Positions 1-10,004 of a stretch of 64,000 nucleotides of DNA are shown one piece after another. Made by a program: the position numbers and the translations under genes. This stretch comes from Trypanosoma brucei. Its lineage: Eukaryota. The notes below the pieces were generated by a model. It was not told where the DNA came from. It ran no database searches and was given only the letters and a program-made list of their open reading frames with translations. The stretch's first letter is position 1. Each line of letters begins with the position of its first letter. The DNA lies in assembly GCA_000002445.1 (NCBI GenBank), contig CP000066.1, positions 1,216,001-1,280,000 on the forward strand, in the 5' to 3' direction.

Positions 1-1122
1 CAGTTTCTTGTGCTGCGAGGCAACCTCCAGGAATTGAGAGTACTCCACACGTCGCTTCTCCTCGCGGTCAATCTCCTCAATCCGCCGCTTGACCTCATCG
101 AATCGCTCCGTGCCAAGCTTCTGCAACTGCCGCTCAAGGTCCTGGATCTTGTTCCACGTCTCCTCCTGCCTATCCTCGTTCTCTCGGATGTAGCGGTCGC
201 TTTTCTCTTTGTTCGCAGCGTGGCGCTTCGTCGCCTCGGCATCCTCAAGGTCAGCCTTCTGGATCGCGTCGTGGATGTGCTTCAGATCTGTCTCACACCG
301 CTGCTTCAGGCGACGCTTCGCATCCTTCATCTGACTCGTTTCCTGATTCGCCTGTTTCTGCACCTCATGGATTTTGCTGAAGGCCTGGTTCTCCTCCTCA
401 CATTTGCTGATCAAGCGGAATTTGTCCTGAATCAGATCGATTAAGCGCTCCTGAAGCTGTACCTTCGTCCACATTTGCTCCTCGGCGACCTGCATCTCAC
501 CATCATGCATCGCAACGTTCTGGATCTCGTTCGTTTTTTCAAGCTGCGCCAACTGCGTCTTGATCTGGTCGTCAGTTGAGGCAAGCGCATTCTGGATTTG
601 CGTTACGTTCATGATATCCTCCACTTGCTTCAATGTCTGTGTGGGGACCTGCGCCAACTGCGTTGCATCCAGCTGCGAGCGGCGAAGCTCCTCCTCAACC
701 TTTTCAACCTTCGCGATGGCGTTGTCGATCATCTGCGTGAAGCTCACAACACGCGTCTTGTTGCGGTTCTGACGCAGGTCCTGAAGCACCTTTTTCATGG
801 CAATAATGTCCATGAATTGTGCCTTGTCCTCAGGGCGGTAAAGCTCGCGTTGGCTCATCTCGAGTCCACACACGCGCATCAGCTTTGCGAGGTCGTATAC
901 CTCCGTTAGGTTCCATTTCGTACCGACGTCCACAGCGGCAACCAGCTCCTCAGCCTTCAGGTGGGCGCCGCGCAGCTTCTGCCTCTGTGTCTCGCTCCAG
1001 TCAGATACATGCAATTCCTGTACAAGTTCCTCATTCTCCAAACAGGCTGTCTTCAGCTTCAGGTTGTGGATCTTCTGCTTGCGCGCAGCCTCCAAACCAG
1101 TGGCATCGTCAACTGCGGCCAT
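1..1122 (-). CDS. PFR1: Paraflagellar rod protein, partial tandem copy (N-terminal ~374 codons; 3' end of CDS lies beyond window start)
   Basis: Nucleotides 1-1122 match 2164-3285 (offset 2163 bp) except for one synonymous difference (898 t vs 3061 c). The start codon complement is at 1120-1122 (ggcCAT), as in the full copy. The translation matches the N-terminus of the 589-aa PFR ORF. Confidence 0.85.
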   Translation of the reverse strand, partial: MAAVDDATGLEAARKQKIHNLKLKTACLENEELVQELHVSDWSETQRQKLRGAHLKAEELVAAVDVGTKWNLTEVYDLAKLMRVCGLEMSQRELYRPEDKAQFMDIIAMKKVLQDLRQNRNKTRVVSFTQMIDNAIAKVEKVEEELRRSQLDATQLAQVPTQTLKQVEDIMNVTQIQNALASTDDQIKTQLAQLEKTNEIQNVAMHDGEMQVAEEQMWTKVQLQERLIDLIQDKFRLISKCEEENQAFSKIHEVQKQANQETSQMKDAKRRLKQRCETDLKHIHDAIQKADLEDAEATKRHAANKEKSDRYIRENEDRQEETWNKIQDLERQLQKLGTERFDEVKRRIEEIDREEKRRVEYSQFLEVASQHKKL

Positions 1123-1515
1123 GGTAGCACTCTTTTATTAAGGATAATCGATTTCTTGTGTTGAAAGTTGTGTGATTTCTGTCTGGTGCTTGAAGTTCTT
1201 ACGTGATGTTTCTAGATCTTATTCCTTGCTTTCCTACAAGCTATTGCGAAAAACTGTTTGCCGGACGCGTACAAGATGATGAAGAAAAGTGTGAGCATCA
1301 GTGCAATGTTAAAGCTACACAGGCAAGTGGTGGTGCCGGAAGCCGTCGGTTTGGCACAATAACAGAGCGGATGCTCGAAAACGCATCATGGTGACCTACA
1401 TATACCGACCCAGTTGGGCCTTTATTACATCTAGTACAAGAATAAGAAAAGACTGCACAAGACATTGGCATCAAATAACTAGTTGCACTCAATTTACATA
1501 ATAATTGCGGCCACA

Positions 1516-3285
1516 CTATTCGAGGCGTGCCGGTGCAGTGTTGTTTCCGATGCGGACCTGCTCGCCACCGGCACCAGAGCTGCGCAGTAAGCGCGCCCTC
1601 TTGATTTCCTCGCGTTCGGCGGCAATCTTCACCTCCTCCTGCTTCGTCAGGTGCGAGCGGTACTCCACCATCTTGCTGCGGCGTGTAAGCACCTCCTCGT
1701 TGTTCTCGTCCACAGGGTGGTTGAACTCGATGCCAGCAGCGTCCAGAGCCTCCTCTGACTCCTTGAACTCCTCCAACGCCTTCGCCTGCTTCTCTTTCAG
1801 CATCGCCAGCTCCTCCTCTACGCCCTGGCGCAGCCTGTATAGCTCTTTCTTCATGTCGGCGTGCTTCTTCGCATTCGGGTCGAATGTTTCCACACAGAAC
1901 TCCAACTGGATGTGCGTTGTACGGATGTTCCGGTCAATCTCCTCCATCCGCTTCTCTTTCTTGTAGATAAGAGAACCCAACGTGAGGTACAGCATGCGGA
2001 AGTACTCCAAGTGCTCTTTATGAACATCCAAACGAAGGGCTGCAAGATCCTGGCTCGTTTTGTCGTGGCGGGCCTTCACCGCGGCACAGCCCTCCGACAC
2101 CAGCTCCTCCACCAGCCCGGTACAGCGGATCGCGAGGTCGCAGTTGTACACTGTCAGCTCGAGCAGTTTCTTGTGCTGCGAGGCAACCTCCAGGAATTGA
2201 GAGTACTCCACACGTCGCTTCTCCTCGCGGTCAATCTCCTCAATCCGCCGCTTGACCTCATCGAATCGCTCCGTGCCAAGCTTCTGCAACTGCCGCTCAA
2301 GGTCCTGGATCTTGTTCCACGTCTCCTCCTGCCTATCCTCGTTCTCTCGGATGTAGCGGTCGCTTTTCTCTTTGTTCGCAGCGTGGCGCTTCGTCGCCTC
2401 GGCATCCTCAAGGTCAGCCTTCTGGATCGCGTCGTGGATGTGCTTCAGATCTGTCTCACACCGCTGCTTCAGGCGACGCTTCGCATCCTTCATCTGACTC
2501 GTTTCCTGATTCGCCTGTTTCTGCACCTCATGGATTTTGCTGAAGGCCTGGTTCTCCTCCTCACATTTGCTGATCAAGCGGAATTTGTCCTGAATCAGAT
2601 CGATTAAGCGCTCCTGAAGCTGTACCTTCGTCCACATTTGCTCCTCGGCGACCTGCATCTCACCATCATGCATCGCAACGTTCTGGATCTCGTTCGTTTT
2701 TTCAAGCTGCGCCAACTGCGTCTTGATCTGGTCGTCAGTTGAGGCAAGCGCATTCTGGATTTGCGTTACGTTCATGATATCCTCCACTTGCTTCAATGTC
2801 TGTGTGGGGACCTGCGCCAACTGCGTTGCATCCAGCTGCGAGCGGCGAAGCTCCTCCTCAACCTTTTCAACCTTCGCGATGGCGTTGTCGATCATCTGCG
2901 TGAAGCTCACAACACGCGTCTTGTTGCGGTTCTGACGCAGGTCCTGAAGCACCTTTTTCATGGCAATAATGTCCATGAATTGTGCCTTGTCCTCAGGGCG
3001 GTAAAGCTCGCGTTGGCTCATCTCGAGTCCACACACGCGCATCAGCTTTGCGAGGTCGTACACCTCCGTTAGGTTCCATTTCGTACCGACGTCCACAGCG
3101 GCAACCAGCTCCTCAGCCTTCAGGTGGGCGCCGCGCAGCTTCTGCCTCTGTGTCTCGCTCCAGTCAGATACATGCAATTCCTGTACAAGTTCCTCATTCT
3201 CCAAACAGGCTGTCTTCAGCTTCAGGTTGTGGATCTTCTGCTTGCGCGCAGCCTCCAAACCAGTGGCATCGTCAACTGCGGCCAT
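1516..3285 (-). CDS. PFR1: Paraflagellar rod protein (69-73 kDa major PFR component); PFR1/PFR-C-like, 589 aa
   Basis: Full 589-aa ORF (MAAVDDATGLEAARKQKIHNLKLK...). It is highly charged with long coiled-coil heptads, and I recognise it as the major kinetoplastid PFR protein family. It sits in a tandem array, as is typical for PFR genes. PFR1 versus PFR2 assignment is by recollection of neighbouring genes and is uncertain. Confidence 0.9.
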   Translation of the reverse strand: MAAVDDATGLEAARKQKIHNLKLKTACLENEELVQELHVSDWSETQRQKLRGAHLKAEELVAAVDVGTKWNLTEVYDLAKLMRVCGLEMSQRELYRPEDKAQFMDIIAMKKVLQDLRQNRNKTRVVSFTQMIDNAIAKVEKVEEELRRSQLDATQLAQVPTQTLKQVEDIMNVTQIQNALASTDDQIKTQLAQLEKTNEIQNVAMHDGEMQVAEEQMWTKVQLQERLIDLIQDKFRLISKCEEENQAFSKIHEVQKQANQETSQMKDAKRRLKQRCETDLKHIHDAIQKADLEDAEATKRHAANKEKSDRYIRENEDRQEETWNKIQDLERQLQKLGTERFDEVKRRIEEIDREEKRRVEYSQFLEVASQHKKLLELTVYNCDLAIRCTGLVEELVSEGCAAVKARHDKTSQDLAALRLDVHKEHLEYFRMLYLTLGSLIYKKEKRMEEIDRNIRTTHIQLEFCVETFDPNAKKHADMKKELYRLRQGVEEELAMLKEKQAKALEEFKESEEALDAAGIEFNHPVDENNEEVLTRRSKMVEYRSHLTKQEEVKIAAEREEIKRARLLRSSGAGGEQVRIGNNTAPARLE

Positions 3286-3485
3286 GGTAGCACTCTTTTA
3301 TTAAGGATAATCGATTTCTTGTGTTGAAAGTTGTGTGATTTCTTGAAAACAGTTGTGTGAAGATTTGAATAAGTTTTATCAAAATTTTAGCGGTCTTTCG
3401 ATTAAGATATTGTTATAATTTTTAATTTTCGTTGTTTACGCATATTTATATTTTTTCTTTATTAATATATATATATATTATTGGT

Positions 3486-4655
3486 TTATAGGGATTTGTT
3501 TGTGTAGACAGCCCATTTTCCTCCGTCCTTTGAATAATGGTCCATTGGGTAATGTACGTCGTTCCAGTTTACGTTTCCCAAGGCTACTTCTGCCTCATAA
3601 GGTGACAATAGAGGCTTATCGAACGCGTATCCCCAGTCGATGGAAAGTCTTGGACATGCTACCTGAATATAGCAGTCAACATCCTGAATTCTTGCCAGTT
3701 TCTGAGGGAAGATTTCGGACATGAGAAAGAGGGTGACTGTTTTTCCTCGCTTCTCCGCAAGTTGCATTATGCGGTCTACCAACCGTGGGTTTCCCTGACG
3801 TCCTAACGTTCCCATAATAAGTGCAAAACTACTAGCGGCTTTTCCCAATTGGACCGCCTCGCGCCGCAGAGTTCTCATTTCGCTCGTGTTGTAGCTTTCT
3901 GTTGTCATTGTCTTCTTGTAAGGATCATATTGTAAAGCGTTTAATGTTGGGTGAGCAATTAGAAAAGCTTCAAGATGGAAACGTCCATCACCTACGTACA
4001 GCACAAGATCCACAGCCGTTGGGTCCAGTACTGGGCTCGTGCAACCCAACAACTCCCCCCTTGAGAGCGGCTTATTTTGTGGCACAACAACAGGCTGATG
4101 AAAGTGGTTCTCTAACATCTGAACCCCAGCGCGCATGGAAGAAACGAACTGAATCGTTGCAATGCAGGCCAGGCGAGTCTCTGGGGGGACAAGGGAGCGA
4201 ACGGTATCAACGAAATGTTGTACATCAATGTCAATTTCGACAAACACGTACATCATATTTTTTATCAGACAATCTTTTATCGATATAAGGCAACTGTGAC
4301 CATAGTGAATCAAGAAGTCACAACCCAACGCTAGGGCCGAATAATCGTCTACGCAGCAGGCGCCGTATGTAACATCACCCAGAATTACCATCTCAGCTCC
4401 CGTCTGTTCCTCGAGAATATCAGCAATTGGCGCAGCGAACATCAGAAGGCCCTCGGGAAACTGGAGGGCTACGCGCGTAGCGCCCTTTTCCCTTATGCGT
4501 CGGGCACACTTCTCAATCTCAAACCTGTAGTTACTTGGAAGACCCAACTCCGCCTCCATGGTGTCTATGGCCCTTAGTAAAGCGTTGAAGAGAAACGTGT
4601 GGAGAAGATTGGTGAAAGACGACACAGCGGTATCTTCATTGCAACATCGGCTCAC
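3486..4655 (-). CDS. Diphthamide biosynthesis protein, Dph1/Dph2 family (2-(3-amino-3-carboxypropyl)histidine synthase)
   Basis: The motifs ALQFPEGLL, GDVTYGACCVDD and CDFLIHYGHSCL are the conserved blocks (including the cysteine ligands) of the Dph1/Dph2 family. The ORF is 389 aa. Confidence 0.7.
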   Translation of the reverse strand: MSRCCNEDTAVSSFTNLLHTFLFNALLRAIDTMEAELGLPSNYRFEIEKCARRIREKGATRVALQFPEGLLMFAAPIADILEEQTGAEMVILGDVTYGACCVDDYSALALGCDFLIHYGHSCLISIKDCLIKNMMYVFVEIDIDVQHFVDTVRSLVPPETRLACIATIQFVSSMRAGVQMLENHFHQPVVVPQNKPLSRGELLGCTSPVLDPTAVDLVLYVGDGRFHLEAFLIAHPTLNALQYDPYKKTMTTESYNTSEMRTLRREAVQLGKAASSFALIMGTLGRQGNPRLVDRIMQLAEKRGKTVTLFLMSEIFPQKLARIQDVDCYIQVACPRLSIDWGYAFDKPLLSPYEAEVALGNVNWNDVHYPMDHYSKDGGKWAVYTNKSL

Positions 4656-4868
4656 TATGCTCCCTTACCCTTGAGTGTACCTAACTCGCGGCGTATCGCG
4701 TCGCTGTGCACCATTTCGGCGTCTCATAGGGGTAACCTAATCCTGCACACAGTTTGGAGGGCGGTGGGAACGAATAGGAGCCAACAAGACAACACAGAGA
4801 CACCACATGCTACCACGTGCACGAGTTCAGCGGCAAAAAAATGAACTTTACAACAATGCCGAATGATC

Positions 4869-7262
4869 TCACGAAGAATCCTTCGGGCGTTTGCGCGCTC
4901 CAGTTTTCGGCATGAGTTCGTAGATAACGGGATCCGGTTCTAGTGTACACAGACAGTGCGCTATGTATTCCATCCTATATACCTTCAATCGTGAATTGAT
5001 AGCCGCAAGCTGCCCCTGCTCCCAGTTGTTGTCGTCGGAGAGGACGAAGTTTATGCTGTCGACAGGCCCAGACCCCTGAAGCAGAGCATCCACCAACTCC
5101 TGGGGTGTATACGGAATTACAGCCTTGCAGCCCCCACTTTGCAGAACGCGGGCGAAGCTCTTCGTCCTTAAATCAGTCGAACAACACAAAGCAACAGTCC
5201 AGGAAGCAAACGGCCGCTCGGTTCGGCGCCGTTGAAGCTGACACGCTTTCACAAGTTCAGAGACGGAGTTACGAAGCGACGCTCTTCGAGCCATTTCCGG
5301 GCACCATTCGTGTGGCTCCTCGGGGGGAATGCGATTTTCTTGTCTTGCTTCCTTAATAAACGAGGGTGCGAGCACCCACTTCCCTGCCGCAACGGCACTG
5401 AGAAAATATTCAGTTCTAGAAGGTCTTTCGGTAATGTAGTGTGTGCACTCTTCTACACTTATAGCTATCGTAAGTCCTAACGGCAGCAACTGAGAAAGTT
5501 CCTCTTCCAGATGTAAAAGTGATCTCGACAGCATAATACAACAAGGGGAAGGTGAAAACTCCCCCCGCCCCCCGCGTGGTGTATCGTCAATTTGAACCCT
5601 TTCACCTTCCTTTTCTGGATGAGGCGACACCCCTCTGTGTTCTATCTCTTTCCGCTCGCTTTGCGGTTGCTCCATATCAGCTTGCTTGTAGACTATCATC
5701 TGTGACGCTGGTGGAGTTTCCCGCCCGAACCTTCTACCGCACGCTGAAGAAGCAAGGGCATTAAAGGACACCTCTACATTGCAGGCGCATACGTCCCCCT
5801 CGCCCCGATCCTCTGCAGACCTACTTTGTGCCTGTCCCACACCCACAGCAGGTGACGTAGGCGTGACACTGGTTGCATCGGTCTTTGTTTCCAGTTCCCC
5901 AATCAGGTGCTCGAGCGAGCTTGAGAGCACAGAATCCCTCGGTGTTACGTCCTTGGAGAGACGTTGCAAACCATGGCCGTATGCACTGCTCCCACTCCTT
6001 CGCCCGTCGGCCAACACACCAGCAGATGCGACTGTCGCATTCCCCAACTCCTTGTTAAACTCGGAGAACTGTGGTGTATTCATGATGAAAGGGGAGCAGT
6101 CCTCCCAATATCCCGCCACAAGTGAGTGGTGTAGCCAGTCCACATGCACAAAAAAACACTCAATCACCCGTAGCTTATACCTTCGCCAGGCCAATGAAGC
6201 AACCTTAGTTGACCCTGCCAGGCCGTCAGCACTACCCACAACCAGGTGAGTAGTGTTGCTGCGCGCAAATGAGCCAACACTGTTCGCGCCCAGCACAAAG
6301 TCGTCCTGTATAACACACTGCATCCCGGCGCGCTTTAGGGAGTTCCGGAACGCCTCCCGGTCCTCTTGAGGCACAGCGGTGAATGTAATAACTGGTTTCA
6401 GAACACTAGAAACAACATACGGCTTCGCACACACACGCCCGTGACCTTGCGCTGCACACTCCTCGAGCCAGGAAAGTGAGACAAACTCTAGGCCGGGCCG
6501 AGGTGCAAAGAATTCAGTTGTTGGGCCCAGCAACACTACGTGGGTGGTAACTATTGTCAACGTCTGAGCCTGACGTATACCCGAGCGTTTGATTAGTTCC
6601 TTCACATCATCTGATACTAGATTAGGTGGAAAACAGTAGGCAACTGCGCCCGACCTCTCCCGCAGAGCGGTTATGCGCGTCGATATATCCCGCAGACCCG
6701 ATACTCCTACTAGTCCACCGTACTGTTGCGAAAACTGACAGTACGGTTTAACGCAGCATTGGTACTTCCGGGCAAACTGAACCTTAGCGTTTCGTGATAA
6801 ATCCGATATTCTGCTTGGAACAACTAATACTGAACATCTCCGGGTCATTTCGGGAGAGTACCTAGCTTGATGAGTCTCGCAAATTCTTTGCACCATCTGT
6901 CGTTCCGCAACATCCAATGAAGTTGTACACACCTCCAGCCCTCGAAGTGAGTAGTCAATCCCAAACTCACTTACTCGATCCATCGAGCAGTTGCCTGACA
7001 GCACCCACTCTGGTGTAACACATGGAATCCCGTGTACCTTAGCCAAAGCATATTTTTTCCCTTCGGTACTCCTGGCAACCAACACATTGGTCCTGTCCGT
7101 CAGTGTTTCTGTGTATGTCATACCTTGCTGCTCCAGCTTAGATTTAATGAGTTCCAGGTCATTTCCAGATATCGCTGTTGTTGTAACAAGCATGTATTTC
7201 GGTATATGGCACCCACGAGAGACGAAGACCACCCTCTCGTGGCTTATGGAAGAAACGTACAT
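4869..7262 (-). CDS. BRCT-repeat protein (multi-BRCT, TopBP1/Dpb11-like architecture), 797 aa
   Basis: The N-terminal segment LIKSKLEQQGMTYTETLTDRTNVLVAR...AKVHGIPCVTPEWVL is a canonical BRCT fold signature. Further BRCT-like blocks follow (VVPSRISDL...KPY; LAPSFIKEA...). A long acidic/serine-rich linker is present. Confidence 0.55.
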   Translation of the reverse strand: MYVSSISHERVVFVSRGCHIPKYMLVTTTAISGNDLELIKSKLEQQGMTYTETLTDRTNVLVARSTEGKKYALAKVHGIPCVTPEWVLSGNCSMDRVSEFGIDYSLRGLEVCTTSLDVAERQMVQRICETHQARYSPEMTRRCSVLVVPSRISDLSRNAKVQFARKYQCCVKPYCQFSQQYGGLVGVSGLRDISTRITALRERSGAVAYCFPPNLVSDDVKELIKRSGIRQAQTLTIVTTHVVLLGPTTEFFAPRPGLEFVSLSWLEECAAQGHGRVCAKPYVVSSVLKPVITFTAVPQEDREAFRNSLKRAGMQCVIQDDFVLGANSVGSFARSNTTHLVVGSADGLAGSTKVASLAWRRYKLRVIECFFVHVDWLHHSLVAGYWEDCSPFIMNTPQFSEFNKELGNATVASAGVLADGRRSGSSAYGHGLQRLSKDVTPRDSVLSSSLEHLIGELETKTDATSVTPTSPAVGVGQAQSRSAEDRGEGDVCACNVEVSFNALASSACGRRFGRETPPASQMIVYKQADMEQPQSERKEIEHRGVSPHPEKEGERVQIDDTPRGGRGEFSPSPCCIMLSRSLLHLEEELSQLLPLGLTIAISVEECTHYITERPSRTEYFLSAVAAGKWVLAPSFIKEARQENRIPPEEPHEWCPEMARRASLRNSVSELVKACQLQRRRTERPFASWTVALCCSTDLRTKSFARVLQSGGCKAVIPYTPQELVDALLQGSGPVDSINFVLSDDNNWEQGQLAAINSRLKVYRMEYIAHCLCTLEPDPVIYELMPKTGARKRPKDSS

Positions 7263-7452
7263 ATGTGTTCAAACATAAGAAGGAAAGGAAAAAGGAGATG
7301 CCCATGCATGACATGTGCGGCAAACCAGTATATTCGGATAACAATAAAACGGCTGGTACATGTGGGAAGAAAAATAACATGAGAGGAAAGGAATAATAAT
7401 AATAAAAAGAAAAAATTACGCGCAGCTACGAAAAGGACAAGACGGATGGCTC

Positions 7453-7845
7453 TTAGTAGAAGAAACCGAGCACTTTACCACCAGTATTGCGAGCACGGGC
7501 CTCTTCGTGGTCCATGATGCCAAGTGACGTCGTGAGCACGACGAAGCCAAACTGCCGACTAGGGAGAATATTCTTCACCCACTTTTCGAAGTCACGAGCA
7601 GTGCAGTCGAACCGAGGGCAGATGGCCCCGCATTTATTGAGGCGCCCATTGAGATTTACGACGATCTTCCCTGCACGGTGGTCGTCAACAATCTCAAACT
7701 CACCAATGTAGCCGTGTTTCTGCATTACCTGCAGAAACTTCACTACTACTTTCGATGAAGGCCGGATGAGAACCTGGCGCTTGCCGCGGCGCTCTGCGCC
7801 CGCAATGCAGCGGAGCGCATTAGCCAAAACGCTCATCATTGTCAT
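7453..7845 (-). CDS. RPS15A: 40S ribosomal protein S15a (uS8)
   Basis: 130 aa. It contains [53 protein letters not shown]...[35 protein letters not shown], which is near-identical to eukaryotic RPS15A/RPS22. Confidence 0.92.
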   Translation of the reverse strand: MTMMSVLANALRCIAGAERRGKRQVLIRPSSKVVVKFLQVMQKHGYIGEFEIVDDHRAGKIVVNLNGRLNKCGAICPRFDCTARDFEKWVKNILPSRQFGFVVLTTSLGIMDHEEARARNTGGKVLGFFY

Positions 7846-8041
7846 TTTGCTTAACCACTACTAGAAATGACAAAGAAAAAGAAAGCAAGAATGAAGTGTG
7901 CAGTAAGTGTTACAAAGCAGACGAACGAACATACACCAACAAGCAAGTGTCATACATGGAAGTGTGTCGATACAGCTTTTTCCGAACCCCCATGGTGCAC
8001 AAGTTAACGAAGGGAAAAAACAACGCAACACACAACAGGCC

Positions 8042-9736
8042 CTACGCACTCCCAAGAAAAATTAATGCGTCATGGTCGTAGCTAGAGTTTACCATCGAGT
8101 TCGGCTCTACCCTGCCTCCAGAGTCAACAAAAACGGCGCCAGTATCACCAGAAAAAAAGTTTGCATTACAGGAGGATTCGACCGAAGCTAGCCTACTTGA
8201 TGGGAGGCAATAGTCTCCCAGGAAGAAATCAAATAGACGATGCCAAATTGGACGCGAGTGCCGGTAAGAGGTGCGTCGTTTACCCGAGCATAGTGAGTCT
8301 TTGTTAGTAATGCGGGTCGCACCTTCCTGGAACAATTCCGCGTATAGCCGACCCCGCAAGACAGTCTCCACCACTAGTTGCTCGATGTGGAACTGCAGTT
8401 TTTTACACGTACGAGCAGCAGCAGGTACGAACATGTGTGACCGAAGCAAATTCGTGAACTGCTTTACGACGCTGGAGCGGGACACGTCCCCTATTTTATG
8501 ATATGCGTGGGGTTTATCTGTGTCTGAACCCCGCCCACAAGCACCATAGTTGTGGATGGAAACGATACGCCCCGAATCATCTACATTTACGCAAACCACG
8601 TCCGAATGTGGAACACCAGCGTTCGTCTGACGTGTCATTTCGATAAGCGTCCCGAGACGGACAGGCGTATTAAAGCTGAGTATTCTACTTTCGCATGGTA
8701 GTCTGTACTTCTCCGAGAAAACTGAAACGGACCTGAGTGATCTCGGCAGTATTTGCGATAAGGAAATCGCCAAGCCGGCACAGTGGATATTGTCCGCACC
8801 ATACACAACAATTTGTTTGCCCCGCAGGAGAGCGGATAAAAGCAACTCCGTTTCGTCAAGACCGGTATCACTCCACTCTAGAAACACCAGCAACCAAACC
8901 GAAAGAGGCTTTAGCAAATGAAAGGGGCCTAAAGACACAACCCTACTGTCGCCCAATGATACGCATCTGCCGATTTCAGGTGGCCAACCGACATCAACAT
9001 CAATAGTTTCCACCAACGGAAGCTTCATCTCGAGATATTGTTTCACTGTGTTCAAAACCGCAGTTTCGCAGGTCGGTTCTTCAGGTATCAATGGCGTCCT
9101 TCCAAACAATGCCAAAAGAACACATTCGAAAAAGTTGTGGGTGCGCCTAAACGCATCAGCTTCTGCTTCGTCGTCTTCCGCCAACAACGACATCAGTGGG
9201 CGCATTGGACGTTTGCGTGCCTCCTCACGCCGTCTCTCGAGGTCGGGAAACGTAGAGTATTCGGACGCCAACCGCCTTTCTGTCACATCAACCCAGCCCT
9301 CTAGCAAAATCCTCATAAAGCAAGAAAGAACAGGCCATCGGCGTATGAGCTCATCACTTCGAGGATGTGTAATTATCACACAAAAACGGCGACTTTCGCC
9401 CCGGGCAAGTATGTCTCCCAGACAAAAAGCTATACCGGACACACCACCTGCATCAGGGTCCGACATCACGACAGATTCTTCATTTGACTCATTCGAATCG
9501 AGAACACGGGCAACAAGTTCTCTCATTTTCTGCTTAGAATGAGGGCGCAGCGATCCGCTAATTGAATGAGCACTGAAAAGCGCTTTTCCATGAAACGCAG
9601 AAAGTTGTGGCATCTGTGCACCAAACGAATTCATTTCTTGATATTCATAATACTCTGTAACATGAAGATCCTTTGGACCCTCAATGGCATCAAATTCCCC
9701 CAATATTACCGCGGGAACATTCCATACCGTCTGCAT
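8042..9736 (-). CDS. Conserved hypothetical protein; possible longin (uDENN)-DENN-type protein of the folliculin/NPRL2/SMCR8 class
   Basis: 564-aa ORF. The N-terminal AVILGEFDAIEGPKDLHVT resembles the longin-domain start of FLCN/NPRL2 (hydrophobic-x-x-F-x-E-x-x-GP). The C-terminal ELLLSALLRGKQIVVYGADNIHCAGLAISLSQILPRSL resembles a DENN core. This is by eye only. Confidence 0.3.
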   Translation of the reverse strand: MQTVWNVPAVILGEFDAIEGPKDLHVTEYYEYQEMNSFGAQMPQLSAFHGKALFSAHSISGSLRPHSKQKMRELVARVLDSNESNEESVVMSDPDAGGVSGIAFCLGDILARGESRRFCVIITHPRSDELIRRWPVLSCFMRILLEGWVDVTERRLASEYSTFPDLERRREEARKRPMRPLMSLLAEDDEAEADAFRRTHNFFECVLLALFGRTPLIPEEPTCETAVLNTVKQYLEMKLPLVETIDVDVGWPPEIGRCVSLGDSRVVSLGPFHLLKPLSVWLLVFLEWSDTGLDETELLLSALLRGKQIVVYGADNIHCAGLAISLSQILPRSLRSVSVFSEKYRLPCESRILSFNTPVRLGTLIEMTRQTNAGVPHSDVVCVNVDDSGRIVSIHNYGACGRGSDTDKPHAYHKIGDVSRSSVVKQFTNLLRSHMFVPAAARTCKKLQFHIEQLVVETVLRGRLYAELFQEGATRITNKDSLCSGKRRTSYRHSRPIWHRLFDFFLGDYCLPSSRLASVESSCNANFFSGDTGAVFVDSGGRVEPNSMVNSSYDHDALIFLGSA

Positions 9737-10004
9737 GGCATTCCCTCTGGAATTATGCGTACATAGAAATACACGGAGATAAACAGTTTTAAAGGGGGGT
9801 AGAGAAGGAATAAAAAATAAAACAACAAGATTTAAACGTTAGTGAAGCAGTCGAACACATATTGTAACAAGCATAATGAAGAAAAACAATGTGCATTAAG
9901 GCGGTATTTTTACTTCATGGATTAATATATCTCAACTCCTCTTGTACAAATGAGGAAAGTAATAAACACACAATGATGGATGACTCAACACTTGTGCAAC
10001 GAAA

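Larger units (their letters stand above)
1..3342. repeat. Tandem gene-array repeat unit (period 2163 bp) containing PFR CDS plus intergenic spacer; at least 1.5 units inside window
   Basis: Positions 1-1178 are essentially identical to 2164-3341, including ~55 bp upstream of the start codon. The sequences diverge after 3342. The inter-copy spacer is 1123-1515. Confidence 0.9.

Noticed and set aside
1861-2607. Long plus-strand ORFs (e.g. 1861-2607, 10-444, 598-909, 30184-30804, 43967-44644) overlapping minus-strand genes
   Set aside because: They are antisense shadows of confidently identified minus-strand genes or low-complexity UTR translations. They have no recognisable motifs, and they break the single-strand polycistronic organisation.
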